Virus record (IMG/VR): IMGVR_UViG_3300006310_000773
Strand: one strand, 5' to 3'
Source of the DNA: a virus
DNA length: 64,000 bases
Part shown: positions 28,738 to 40,200 of the stretch, one piece after another
Layout of the letters: each line of letters opens with the position of its first letter
Numbering within the stretch: position 1 is the first letter of the stretch
Position numbers and translations under genes: made by a program
The notes under the pieces: model-generated
Told to the model about the DNA's origin: nothing
Database searches by the model: none
Seen by the model: the letters and a program-made list of their open reading frames with translations, nothing else

Positions 28738-29330
28738 TGTCCTAATTTTGGGTCTTTAACATTTTGTGCTTCCCATTCACATGATCTAGTATATACAAAT
28801 AAACTATCTATTAAATTATATTCTTTATATATTTGGGCTAGTTTCTTTTTATCTATATTAATCCAGGGTGTATATGCTTTATTATTATTACGTAAAACGT
28901 CTTTCATAATAGTAGGATTTCTGTCTACTTCTGTAACTTCTTCTATAAATGTATCAGTAATAGATTTTGGTGGATTAGCAGTAATTCCTGTATAGAAAAT
29001 ATTTATTAATTTATTTTTTCTATAATAATCTAATTTATCAAATATATTACTTAATGTTTGATGGTCACAAAATGTACTATGATGTTCTATGTTTATATTT
29101 CCGGTTAATTCGATACATTTTTGAATAACATTATTAGTTGTTGTAACATTTTTAAATTGTCTTGCTTTATTTCCAGTAGATAAAATATAGATTTTATCAT
29201 TAGAATATTTCATTAAAAAGTATAAAAGCAAAGAACTATCAGCTCCGCCGCTACAACTTATACCTATAGGACCTTCATATATTTTTAAATTGACTCCGGA
29301 TAAATTTAATTCTTTTTTAATTAAATTCAT
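28686..29330 (-). CDS. QueC-like PP-loop ATP pyrophosphatase
   Basis: SCSGGADS PP-loop; PW..IDK; TRSC...HCGICWWCQER Zn site. Confidence 0.75.
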   Translation of the reverse strand: MNLIKKELNLSGVNLKIYEGPIGISCSGGADSSLLLYFLMKYSNDKIYILSTGNKARQFKNVTTTNNVIQKCIELTGNINIEHHSTFCDHQTLSNIFDKLDYYRKNKLINIFYTGITANPPKSITDTFIEEVTEVDRNPTIMKDVLRNNNKAYTPWINIDKKKLAQIYKEYNLIDSLFVYTRSCEWEAQNVKDPKLGHCGICWWCQERAWGFSI

Positions 29331-29995
29331 GGTTCTATTAGATTTGTTACTGTTGACACAGATTCTTCTGTTAATTTAATATTCATTATTAATACAATAT
29401 GATCATCCTCATCATTGGCATTAAATATTGTATGCCGTTTACAAGTATTTAAAAAATATAAACTACCATAATTCCAATGTAATACATTATCATATTGATA
29501 TATAAAATATCCCCCATCTAACGGATTACATACTAGTAAAGGGACAATTAATCTAAAACTATCTATTGTAGATCCCATATTATCTACATGACTTGGAAAA
29601 AATCCGCCTGGTTTTAATTTTAAAATATGAGATCTAAATAACCATTCTTTAAAAGGATCACAATATAATTTTAATACATCATAAACAGGTGTTGGTACAA
29701 TAAAATCAGATTCAGTTATATTTGTATTATTTTCTTTATTATACTCATATAAACTATCTAAATCAGGCCCAGGTCCTAAATTGCCGTCTAAATTAGTTAC
29801 ACTCAATCCCCAACGATTTATATGTTTTCTAGGATTATATTTTGTCCAATTATCATCAAATTGGATTAATCTTTCTAACATAGTCTTCGAATTTTGATAT
29901 ATGTTTAATTTAACTTGATCCCCATATGCTGTTAGAGTATTAAATAATTCAAAACTCATACGTTGTATCTCCTGGCCATAGTGGTAATTGTACAC
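29327..29995 (-). CDS. Aspartyl/asparaginyl beta-hydroxylase-like Fe/2OG oxygenase
   Basis: LKLKPGGFFPSHVD, RLIVPL and YFLNTCKRHTIFN. Confidence 0.7.
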   Translation of the reverse strand: MYNYHYGQEIQRMSFELFNTLTAYGDQVKLNIYQNSKTMLERLIQFDDNWTKYNPRKHINRWGLSVTNLDGNLGPGPDLDSLYEYNKENNTNITESDFIVPTPVYDVLKLYCDPFKEWLFRSHILKLKPGGFFPSHVDNMGSTIDSFRLIVPLLVCNPLDGGYFIYQYDNVLHWNYGSLYFLNTCKRHTIFNANDEDDHIVLIMNIKLTEESVSTVTNLIEP

Positions 29996-30980
29996 CCACT
30001 TTTCTTTTTGGTATTTTACTATCAGCAGAACTCACGCAATTATCAGTAATGCATGGCATAGGTTTGTCAAATAATTTAAATCCAGTTTGAATATTTCCTA
30101 AAGGTATATCAGAGCAAGAATATGACCGCTTAATGCTCCCACAAGGCTCGCGTATAATAATACTACGATATCCCGACGAACAGATCCAGCCTTTGAATTC
30201 ATTAAAATTAAACGCATTAAATCTTTCGGCTTGATCCATTTCATGCACAATCCCTTTCGAATCAATTAACTCTATTTCCATTTGTGGGGTTTGAGACTCA
30301 TTATGCAATATGTCTAACTGACTTTTAGTATATCCATCTACTACTTTTGTCGCCGTAGGATTAGATTGGGGTTTTAAAGTTGTATGAATACCCCTCTCTT
30401 TAAAATATAAAACATGATCTGTTAATGTCCAAAATTTCTCAGGTATCATTACCATATTAATAGTAATTCTTACACCATTATCTTGACAATATACTAATTT
30501 GTCTGTAAATTCTTCAATCTTTTTTTCAGTATCTAAATGTTCAAAATGAGCAGATGCGGTTATTGAAGCCCTATCAAATTTTTTAGCATATTTGATATAT
30601 GTTTCAAACCATTTCATCTTTCTTGAACAGTTTGACGTCATATGTATTCTCTGTCTCTTAGAATATTTATCATCTGCAAGATATTTTAATATATCCAAAT
30701 ATCCAGGATGAAATGTTGGTTCTCCACCAGACAAAGACCAATTAAATGAATTAAATCCTTGTTCTCTCGCCTGACGTTTTATTTCATCTATTGTTGTTAA
30801 ACACAACTCTGTAGGTCTATGATCTTTCTTATCTGATCTCGCGTATGGCCAACAATAAGAACAGTGATAATTACAAAATCTTCCTAATAACCATGACACA
30901 GTAAAGGTATCATGATATAACATGGTTTTTGTTCCTACAAGTTGTATATCATCAAATGGAATTTTAGTAAAATCATTCAT
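29949..30980 (-). CDS. Radical SAM protein with C-terminal Cys cluster
   Basis: CNYHCSYC, SGGEPT, and C-terminal C..G...C....C....C. Confidence 0.9.
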   Translation of the reverse strand: MNDFTKIPFDDIQLVGTKTMLYHDTFTVSWLLGRFCNYHCSYCWPYARSDKKDHRPTELCLTTIDEIKRQAREQGFNSFNWSLSGGEPTFHPGYLDILKYLADDKYSKRQRIHMTSNCSRKMKWFETYIKYAKKFDRASITASAHFEHLDTEKKIEEFTDKLVYCQDNGVRITINMVMIPEKFWTLTDHVLYFKERGIHTTLKPQSNPTATKVVDGYTKSQLDILHNESQTPQMEIELIDSKGIVHEMDQAERFNAFNFNEFKGWICSSGYRSIIIREPCGSIKRSYSCSDIPLGNIQTGFKLFDKPMPCITDNCVSSADSKIPKRKVGVQLPLWPGDTTYEF

Positions 30981-32281
30981 ATTAAATATTTTTTAATTCG
31001 TGGATGTAAACTTTCCGCAGCACTTGTATTTCTAATTTTGTCTTGTATTCTTGTATGTTTTTTAAAATGATGTCTTAATTCCTCTACACTATTTGGTTTA
31101 ATAGTAGGAAATACAGTTGGTAAAAATAAATCCCATATTGGATCATTTAAACATGTTTGAACAGGAGTTAATGTTTTTTCTATAAATTCCTCATCTTTAA
31201 TATTTTCTTCTTTAATTAAATCATTGATTTCTTTTATTATAAATTTTTTATCTTCTTCAAATAAAATAGCAGGATGAAAATGTGGTGGATCTTCACACGC
31301 CTGAATATATGCAGCTCCAACAGATGCACGCCCTTCAGGATATCCTTCTTTTCTCATATTATAAAAATATCTTGCCCATTCTTTTACATCAAAAATATTA
31401 TACATTTGTACAACCATGTTAATTGAAAGATGTGTAAGATTGGGAAGAGTTTGTAATTCATTAATATTTTGTAATACTGCGTTCCATTTGGCATTTGTTC
31501 TTATATACTCATATGTTTTTCCTATACCATCTAAACTCGCGCAAATATTTAATTTATTAAATTGTTTAAATAATTGCCAATGTTTATTAAAATTTGTGCA
31601 ATTAGAAGTGATATTTAAATGTAAATCTGTATTATCTTCTTCAATTAACTTCTCTAAAAATGCTATTGAATCTGGATCTACTGTAGGTTCTCCACCCAAT
31701 ATGTTTAATCTCTCTATAAGTGTAAAATCAATATCAGAAAGAAAATTATTAATATCCATATTATTTGAAATTTTTCCTTCAGGTCTACCCATGTAATATT
31801 GATATAACACCGGATGAAGTTCTAATTCTTTATATATTTCTGTACTATTTCCTGGATCACACATACGACATTTTAAATTACAAACATTACCAGGACGAAT
31901 ATCTAATGCCAATGGTTGTTTATCTCGATTTCCATATTTTAAATCTGGAGTAACATGGCCGTCTCGTTTTATAAATTCTTGTCTATCACTAGACCATCCC
32001 TTTCTTTCTCGATCACCACATACAAAACATTCAAGCGGTTCTTCCCCCTTTAATAATTTTTCTCTTATTTCCAAAAGTTGTTTATCATTATAAAAAAACT
32101 CCTTCAATCTTTCTTTTGCAGGAATTCCTGAAGATTTTTCACTAAACTTTGCTTTCGTGAAGCGTGCTTCACAACACATCTTAATTGAATCTTTTGATGC
32201 GTTTACATAAGTATGCATAAATGGGGCGGGACAATGAAATCCCTTTTTATATTTTATTTTTTCATGAATTTCACGTCTCAT
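30977..32281 (-). CDS. Radical SAM protein with N-terminal twitch/SPASM-like domain
   Basis: FHCPAPF...MCC...ECFVC, then CNLKCRMC, GGEP and SLDG. Confidence 0.9.
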   Translation of the reverse strand: MRREIHEKIKYKKGFHCPAPFMHTYVNASKDSIKMCCEARFTKAKFSEKSSGIPAKERLKEFFYNDKQLLEIREKLLKGEEPLECFVCGDRERKGWSSDRQEFIKRDGHVTPDLKYGNRDKQPLALDIRPGNVCNLKCRMCDPGNSTEIYKELELHPVLYQYYMGRPEGKISNNMDINNFLSDIDFTLIERLNILGGEPTVDPDSIAFLEKLIEEDNTDLHLNITSNCTNFNKHWQLFKQFNKLNICASLDGIGKTYEYIRTNAKWNAVLQNINELQTLPNLTHLSINMVVQMYNIFDVKEWARYFYNMRKEGYPEGRASVGAAYIQACEDPPHFHPAILFEEDKKFIIKEINDLIKEENIKDEEFIEKTLTPVQTCLNDPIWDLFLPTVFPTIKPNSVEELRHHFKKHTRIQDKIRNTSAAESLHPRIKKYLI

Positions 32282-33450
32282 AAAAATTCCTTAATTAAAA
32301 ATTTATCTTTTTCTAACCAATGTCCAACTTGATTTACTGGTATTCCTCCACGTCGGACATAAAAATTATCAATATCATTTAATTTATTTAATAATTCAAT
32401 TTGCTTAGTACATCTATAATATAATCCCATATATACTGCAGTGGGTCGATATTGAAAAATATTACTTAACCACATCAATTTTGTGCCCGAATTTTCATCC
32501 TCATCATGTTTAGAAATAAAATCATGAATAGAAAATCTTGAATCCAATAAATCTACATGATCATAATATAAGTTTACATTATCTTTAAATTCATTAAACC
32601 AGGATAACCAACTCTGCATTCCTCCAAAATAATCAGTATACTTTTCAAATTCCCCATCTTTTATTTCACTAGCTCCATCCAAAACATCTACACTACTAAT
32701 AAAATCTTTATAATTTAATCCATTCCAATTTTCATGTATTTGTTTCATCATATATAATGAATATTCATTACTATCAAAAAATACTAATTTCAAGTCTTTA
32801 GTATAACCTGTATCTTTTAAAATTTTTAAATGATTAAGTCCACAAGCTACTGTATAAAATACAGATACATCTTTTATAAAATGATGAGAATGAATAGATG
32901 GTGAATTTTCTTTAGGTAAAATTGGCTCCGTATTCCAAGGAAGAAAGTTTGAAAATGTACTATCCTTTATAAAATTATAAACATCATATTGATCAGCTAT
33001 ATAAGTAAGAGTTTTTTTAATTTGAGAACTAAATTCTCTTCTTTCTTTTATTTTTGATAATAAAGGACATCCTTTAGATTTCCATTGTTTAACATTTAAA
33101 TAATATAATTCTTGATCTCCTATAAAAACATCATTATCTATAATATCTTGATCTAATTCTTGTATAAATGAATCATCCTCTGTTTCTAAATCATGTCCAA
33201 CTTTTATTATTATTGCATGATCAACTGATTTTGTTTTTAAAAATTCAAGAGCTTCAACATAAGTACCAAAAAGTTTAAAAGACTTCTCATATGAAGACGG
33301 CGGGGGATATGGATAAGGTTGGGGATTTACTTGCCAATCTAATTCCAAAAACCAATATTCTGTTAAATTTTTATGAAGACCTTTAACAACAGGATCAACA
33401 TTATTTGAATTGTCAATCCAACAAATAAAATATTTTCTTTTTAATTCCAT
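32278..33450 (-). CDS. Hypothetical protein, Rossmann/SAM-binding-like; paralog of the N-terminus of 37279-41517
   Basis: VACGL...LVFFDSN...WLSNIF aligns by eye with LSAGF...IFYDIS...WVSNVY. Confidence 0.55.
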   Translation of the reverse strand: MELKRKYFICWIDNSNNVDPVVKGLHKNLTEYWFLELDWQVNPQPYPYPPPSSYEKSFKLFGTYVEALEFLKTKSVDHAIIIKVGHDLETEDDSFIQELDQDIIDNDVFIGDQELYYLNVKQWKSKGCPLLSKIKERREFSSQIKKTLTYIADQYDVYNFIKDSTFSNFLPWNTEPILPKENSPSIHSHHFIKDVSVFYTVACGLNHLKILKDTGYTKDLKLVFFDSNEYSLYMMKQIHENWNGLNYKDFISSVDVLDGASEIKDGEFEKYTDYFGGMQSWLSWFNEFKDNVNLYYDHVDLLDSRFSIHDFISKHDEDENSGTKLMWLSNIFQYRPTAVYMGLYYRCTKQIELLNKLNDIDNFYVRRGGIPVNQVGHWLEKDKFLIKEFL

Positions 33451-33456
33451 AATTAA

Positions 33457-34833
33457 TCATATTAAATATCGTTCAAGTTGTGGTGTAATATCTAAAACAT
33501 TCGTTTTTCTTAATTTATCTGCTAATCTGGTATGTTTAATAAATTGCTCTTTATTATATTTTATATTAGGTAACATCCATCTATCACCTCTTTTTTCAAG
33601 ATCATCTGGTAACTTGTCTACAAATTCTGAATCTTTTCTATAATGACTTACATCTTTATTAAGATCTGAATATACTTGCTGAAAACATTCTTGTTCTTCT
33701 TCATTAATATTATAATCATATATTACTCTCTCTATTTCACTTCTAATAAAATCTTTATGATCATCATCTAACCAATGTATATTTAAATGCATTGGTTCAA
33801 CTATTGGATGTAGTGCCGGTGGATCTATAAATTCAAATCTACGGCTTTGCTCTATCATCCATGCAACATGATTGTAAATATGGAAAATATTATATACATT
33901 TATTACACTATTAAATCCTATACTATTAATATTTGGTAATTCACACGCTTTTAAGAAATTAGTATGAACTCTTTTCCACTCACATCCTGTTCTACAATAT
34001 TCAAAAACTTTTCCCAATCCATCAACACTAAACCGCAATTGTAACCCTTTAAATTGAGAAAGAAGATCAATAACTTTCTTAGGCCAAACTGTACCATTAG
34101 TAATTAAATGTAGTTGTATATTTTTAGCATCACCATGTTCAACTAACTGTTTCCATATTTTTATACAACTTGGATCTATAAATGTTTCTCCTCCAGACAT
34201 TTTTAACCAACGGACACCTTCAAGATTATAATTATCATATAATCGAGAATTATCTTGATCCCAATCAATAGATTCAGCCATTTTCATTTGCCACGGATTA
34301 TCAGTCCACATATCCCAATATGTACCTTCTAATAAATCATAATTATCTAAAACTTCCTTTTCTATTTTACTACTCCAAATACTACTACAAGATCGACATT
34401 TGGCATTACATAATTTTCCTGGTCGCAAATCTATGTCTATTGGATGGTCATATATATTTCCTGTTTCAACATTAAATCCCATATTATCCATCGTAATACC
34501 TTCTGGTGCATATCTGTTTATAAAATCAATTCTAGCACTTTCTCTTTCAGCACCAATTTCTTCATAATGCTTACAATAATTACAAGGATTTGAACCATCT
34601 TCTAAAACGGGCCATTCATTTTTTAAAAAAGCTTCTCTAACAGTTTTAATCTTATCACTTGACCACCATTTTTCTTGTTGATTGGCTACAGTATCCCCTT
34701 CTCGAATTGCCGGTGTATCAATTCTATCCATAATATCACTCATACAACATAATTTAAAAGCACTATTACCCATACTAGTATAGGTGTGTAAAAATGGTGC
34801 AGGGCAGAACACCTTCTTGATTTGCTCTTTCAT
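33457..34833 (-). CDS. Radical SAM protein with N-terminal twitch/SPASM-like domain
   Basis: FCPAPF...LCC...CNYC, then CNAKCRSC, SGGET and SVDG. Confidence 0.9.
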   Translation of the reverse strand: MKEQIKKVFCPAPFLHTYTSMGNSAFKLCCMSDIMDRIDTPAIREGDTVANQQEKWWSSDKIKTVREAFLKNEWPVLEDGSNPCNYCKHYEEIGAERESARIDFINRYAPEGITMDNMGFNVETGNIYDHPIDIDLRPGKLCNAKCRSCSSIWSSKIEKEVLDNYDLLEGTYWDMWTDNPWQMKMAESIDWDQDNSRLYDNYNLEGVRWLKMSGGETFIDPSCIKIWKQLVEHGDAKNIQLHLITNGTVWPKKVIDLLSQFKGLQLRFSVDGLGKVFEYCRTGCEWKRVHTNFLKACELPNINSIGFNSVINVYNIFHIYNHVAWMIEQSRRFEFIDPPALHPIVEPMHLNIHWLDDDHKDFIRSEIERVIYDYNINEEEQECFQQVYSDLNKDVSHYRKDSEFVDKLPDDLEKRGDRWMLPNIKYNKEQFIKHTRLADKLRKTNVLDITPQLERYLI

Positions 34834-37292
34834 AATTTTCCTTGTCTTCTTGCTTTTAATGCTTCGCGGATTCCAATTTTAACATACTTTTCATCATCTA
34901 AAAAATGCAAACTAGTATCTTTCCATTCTGGCATTTTTTCAAATCCATCCCACATTTCCGTTAAAATCCAAGGGAATTCATGTGGACCTAACGCTACATG
35001 CATACATTTTGTTTCATATAATTTAAATTCTTTGCAAAGTTCTTTATGCCAGTTTAAATATTTATTAGGTATAAAATCACATGAAAAATTATTCATTTGA
35101 TGATTCGCTATATGCGCCATTGATAATGTTAAATGATTATAATCATTTGTTACAGCAATTGTACCATCAGTAAAATTACTATATCTAATTCCTATCCTCG
35201 AATGACCTAATCCCAAACTTTTACTTAAACTAAAACACACTTCTTTTATGGCAGGATGATTAACATCTATAGTAATATCATAACATGTACCATACCACGC
35301 ACAATCAATAAGTACTGGTACATCTTTTTCTAAACATGAATCGAGAGTTTCTTGTAAAAATGGAACTTGATTCCCATTTCCACAAAATGGCATACTAATT
35401 ATAACCCAATCATTTTTTTGTATTGGTTCTTGAATATCGTCGTGGGGATATTCCGTATCTATAAATTCCCATTCATTAAAGATTCTTCTATGATAATGAT
35501 ATTCCCCTCGATAAAATCTCAATCTTCTATCTTTATATCTAAAATAACTTTCATCAAGTGCTTGAGTAGTACCTATAATTATATGCTTTTGTTTGAATTT
35601 GTCTAATCCTTTTATTTTATTTAATTTTGTTGATTTAATCCATGAGTCTATATTTTTTAAAAACTCTTCTTTACATTCCCAAAATCCCGAAGCTTCAAAT
35701 TCCTCTTTCCAAGGTAATTCACCTAATGATTTTTGAAAATTTGGATCAAAAATTGCGTGGTGCTTATCTTTGAATAATATACTATTCTCTTTTAAAATTC
35801 TTTTTTTCCTCGGATAATTTATATTTTTTAAATGTGCATAAATTGGTTCAGCTATCTCAGGTAAAGATTCTCGAAAATTCTGTGATCTATACTTATCAAG
35901 TGCCTCAGTACGATCAATAAACTCTCTAATATGATATGATTCATCTTGTGCCCACATATATTTTAAAATAGAATTTAAACAATTCGTTGTTACATCTATT
36001 ACATAATCATTATCCACAATATTCTCATAATGTTTCCACACCTTTCTCTGTTCTATTAATTTGGGAAACCTTTCTAAAAAACTTTCATATTTAGATTGAA
36101 CTAATAGTTTTATTCGTTCTGGCAAACATCTAATATTATAATATAATGGATTATGTAAATGGTGCATACTAAAAAACATATGTTTACCATTTATATTAAA
36201 TCTTTTAAAATTTTGTTCTATTGTCCATTCTATTAATTCAGGAATATTCAATACATTAAAAACTTGAACTGTTGTAGTAAACCATCCATTTATATTTGGA
36301 ATTTGATCAATCTTATGAACCGTTTTTTCAATTTTTTTCCAATTACTCGGAAAGCGTATATATTCATTAACATCTTTAATACCATCAACACTTCCGCCCA
36401 ATTCAACAAGTCTAAAATGTTTCCATAATTCAAATGCCTTATCAGGTATATTAACTAAATTAGTATTATAATCTAATGCAATACGCTTAGATCTACCTGT
36501 GTCAATAAATTTTTGCAATAATTCATAATTAGCTTTCGCTATAGTAGGTTCTCCACCACTAATATGAATCATTTCAATATTAGGGGCATTTTCAACTATT
36601 TGATTAAAAATATCACCACGTTCATGCCAACTATAAGGATCAAAACCATCTATACATATTTGACCTTGTTTATCCTTTTTTAAATACAAATACTTATCAT
36701 CTGCTGCATCATGTCTAAATCTATTCCATCCAAAAGCATTATACCAATCATCTTTCCAAGGGCTACTTTCTGTCGGTCCGCACATTCTACATTTTAAATT
36801 GCACAAATTCCCCAATCTAATATCAGTATGTAAAATAGGTGAAGAGAAGTCAATAGATCCGTCTGATTTTGTTAAATTTTTAGCGTCATCTATAGTAAAA
36901 GACTGTAGGGTTTTGTCTTCAACTAAAGGCTTTTCCCACGAAGGACATTGTAATTCAATTTGTCCTTCTCGCAATGCCCTCTGCTCATATCTTCTTCTAT
37001 CCACAACTCTTCTACTTTGTTGTCCCGCATCTTCTTCCTCATTACATCTTTGACATACTGGATGCCTTTCACCTTTTAACATAGATGATCTAACGTCTTT
37101 TAATAATTTACAATTTCTTGCTTCATTTATAGAAGCATTATCAGCTGTCATTATTTCATTATTATCTTTTCTGCAAACTCCTCTAGTTTTTCTATGAGTA
37201 TTTGCTTGAACACACATACGATATTGTCCATTATTATTAATACTAAAACTAGTCCAAGGGACGGGACAATAACTTATATTATTTGTATTCAT
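34830..37292 (-). CDS. Twitch-domain radical SAM fused to a fold-type I PLP-dependent enzyme domain
   Basis: YCPVPW...CQRC, CNLKCRMC and GGEP; C-terminal GTTQA, LIDCAW and FSLSKSLGLGHSRIG (PLP-lysine motif). Confidence 0.85.
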   Translation of the reverse strand: MNTNNISYCPVPWTSFSINNNGQYRMCVQANTHRKTRGVCRKDNNEIMTADNASINEARNCKLLKDVRSSMLKGERHPVCQRCNEEEDAGQQSRRVVDRRRYEQRALREGQIELQCPSWEKPLVEDKTLQSFTIDDAKNLTKSDGSIDFSSPILHTDIRLGNLCNLKCRMCGPTESSPWKDDWYNAFGWNRFRHDAADDKYLYLKKDKQGQICIDGFDPYSWHERGDIFNQIVENAPNIEMIHISGGEPTIAKANYELLQKFIDTGRSKRIALDYNTNLVNIPDKAFELWKHFRLVELGGSVDGIKDVNEYIRFPSNWKKIEKTVHKIDQIPNINGWFTTTVQVFNVLNIPELIEWTIEQNFKRFNINGKHMFFSMHHLHNPLYYNIRCLPERIKLLVQSKYESFLERFPKLIEQRKVWKHYENIVDNDYVIDVTTNCLNSILKYMWAQDESYHIREFIDRTEALDKYRSQNFRESLPEIAEPIYAHLKNINYPRKKRILKENSILFKDKHHAIFDPNFQKSLGELPWKEEFEASGFWECKEEFLKNIDSWIKSTKLNKIKGLDKFKQKHIIIGTTQALDESYFRYKDRRLRFYRGEYHYHRRIFNEWEFIDTEYPHDDIQEPIQKNDWVIISMPFCGNGNQVPFLQETLDSCLEKDVPVLIDCAWYGTCYDITIDVNHPAIKEVCFSLSKSLGLGHSRIGIRYSNFTDGTIAVTNDYNHLTLSMAHIANHQMNNFSCDFIPNKYLNWHKELCKEFKLYETKCMHVALGPHEFPWILTEMWDGFEKMPEWKDTSLHFLDDEKYVKIGIREALKARRQGKL

Positions 37293-40200
37293 TATACAAC
37301 TCCTTTAATTCAGGAAAAATTATACTAAAATTAAGTTGTCTAATATTTTCTAAATTTTGTATGTATTCAAATGTCTGTGGCAATAAATTAGATTGATCCT
37401 CAGACCACATAAATTCAATTAATGATTTTAATTTTTTAATTCCATTTGGTTTTTCCAATACTCGATCATAATATTCAAAATTTTCTTCCAACCATTTATA
37501 AAAATCATTATATTTGTCTGAAATTTTTTCTTTATATTCTTTTGTTAAACATTTTACACTTAAAAAATTAGGACTATGTAAAAAATGAATTCCTATCATT
37601 CCTCCATGTTCAGGCCATTTATTTATTTCAGAAATTTCATCTTGTGTCAATTTCCATTTAATAAAATCTGGTATGTGCATTATATTAAAAATACTCGCAG
37701 TCGTGTCTATATTAATTTTTATATGTTCATTATTTTTTGCAAAATTATTATATTTTATAAGATTTTGCATTGTCGTATCCAATTTACTAGGATATCTTAA
37801 CCATTCATGACGCTTCTCAACACCATCCAGACTCACAGCAATTTCTACTAATGATAACCTCTTTAACATCGAAAATAATTTATCATCAATTTCTTCAGCA
37901 TTTGTATTAAAGCGTAAATTTGTTGTTTTTGGAGAATTTTTAATAAAATCCTTAAATTCGTTTATAATTGTAGGTTCACCTCCTAATATATACGCATCTG
38001 ATATTGGTTGCTCTGATAACTCTTTCCAAGTTTGTTCATTCTTATACCAATTATATCCACCATTTTGATCCTTCCCCTTAGACCAACTTAATTTGTTTTG
38101 TAAATCTGAACTTATATTACTATTCTTCATTTTTGTCCAATCCTTTATCCAAAAACTACTATCATCTGGATTACAAGTTGAACAGGCTAAATTACACTTA
38201 TTTCCTAGTTTTAAATCAACATAATGAATTTTTGCTGGTGCTTCTCCATCATCTTTAGTATGCCACACAATCGAATTATAATCCAATTTTTTCTTCCATT
38301 TTTTATTTTCCCAAATACGTTTGCTATTATATCCAACTTCTTCTTCTTTGTAACATTTTTGACATTCTCGTGGTTTATTTCCTTTAATCATTTCTGAACG
38401 CACATTTTTCATATAATTGGTATTCCAATAATCTTTCCAATTATCATGTTTTAAATTAACCAATTGACCATCATCTTTTCTATTACAACCTATTTGTGGA
38501 TGTTCATCATCACTACTACTATTAGCTGTACAACATAATTGCATATTGCCTGTAGTTCTAGTACTTAAATGCATCCAAGGCAAAATACAAAATCCACTAT
38601 CCTCTTTTTTCCAAGGCGCGGGTGGTGCATTATCTAAATAATCAATCATCTCTGATGCTAAATGATTTTTATATTGTTGATTTCTAATATTATCATAAAA
38701 TCTAGTTGTTTTCTTTAATTGATAATGTTTTAAATCTTTTATATTATTGATAATTGTATTTTTAACAAAATTCTGAAAGAATTTTAAACGTGGTTTAATT
38801 CCTACAACTTCTTTTGTATTTGCTTCAAATTTTTCTAAAGCTAATTTTAATAAATCATGATCAATAAATTCAGAATTCAATTCACTACTTTGTGGTATCA
38901 TTTGGAAATCAACAGCCACATCTATCATTGCATCAGGGCCATCATGTTCTGAAAGATTTGTATAATATTTTTTATATAACTCGTCTGCCCATTTATAAAT
39001 ATCATCCAAATTAAATATGTTATATGGTTGAGCAACTATAGAAAATCCTACTGAAACCCTGTTTTGTAAATATTCCTTTTCTTTAAAATGACTAAACATT
39101 AAATTAACACTCTTATTCAACATATCCCAATTAAAAGGATACCGAATATAATCATAAAGCTTATCAGTACCATCTATAGAAATTCTAAAACGACAAAATT
39201 TAAAATGTGAAATTTTTTCTAATAAATCTGAATTAAATTTTGTACCATTAGTAGTTAAATCTAATACTATATTTTTAGCATAATCATTTTTTATAGCATA
39301 ATCAACTGCATTTAAAAATTTATGATTAACTGTTGGTTCCCCACCAGTAACCTTTAAAACTTCTAATTCTGGTAAAGCGGAAATAACATCTTGTTCTAAA
39401 AATGGTTTTTCAGCATGAGATGATAATCTATGAGACAATTCTTTTTTATACTTATTATTATTTTCATATTCACCATAATCAAAATGATTTGGTATGCGTT
39501 TACCATCATTGACTTGAATGAGTAATTCCTTTTGATGTTGATCACTACTACCTGCGCTACACATTCTACATGCTAAGTTACACTTATTATCATACTTTAT
39601 ATCTAAATATTTTAATTTTGGTTTTTTCAAATTAAATGTATCAATATTATCCGCAAATCTCCCATTCATGGCAATTCGTAAACTTGCGATTCCCATATCT
39701 TCTCTTTTCCAACACGTTGAACAAATATTTGGTCTTTCATTATTTAAAAATTGTTTTCTTATTTTATTCATTTCTGGACTATAAAATGCATCTTTAATTG
39801 TAGCAACATTTGCATGTAATGCATCTTGGGATGTAACATCTTTTGAATCACTACCCACTCGTAAATTTTTATTACTGTCACAACATACTCGATACCAACC
39901 AGCCACACTTGATGTCATATGTATCCACGGCAATATACAAAAATTTTTTGTAGGAATATTTATGTTTTCCTGTAAAAACTTTTTTGTATATATTTCACCT
40001 TGTAAAACTTTTCGACCAAAACTATTATATATTCGTTCTGAATCATCATCATCTAATTTAATATCAGGTAAAAATCCGTACACATATACTTGATCATTTA
40101 ACTTAGAAATAAGTTTTTTTAATTGCTTAAAAATATTTGAATAATTTTTATGTTCCCATAATGCATATTCATTAGCATAAACATTACTAACCCATATAAA

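Noticed and set aside
28686-30980. QueC-like plus radical SAM read as a 7-deazaguanine (preQ0) DNA modification pathway
   Set aside because: No FolE, QueD or DpdA was recognised in the window, the rSAM is longer than QueE and has extra Cys, and the context is late and structural. Not excluded if partners lie elsewhere in the genome.
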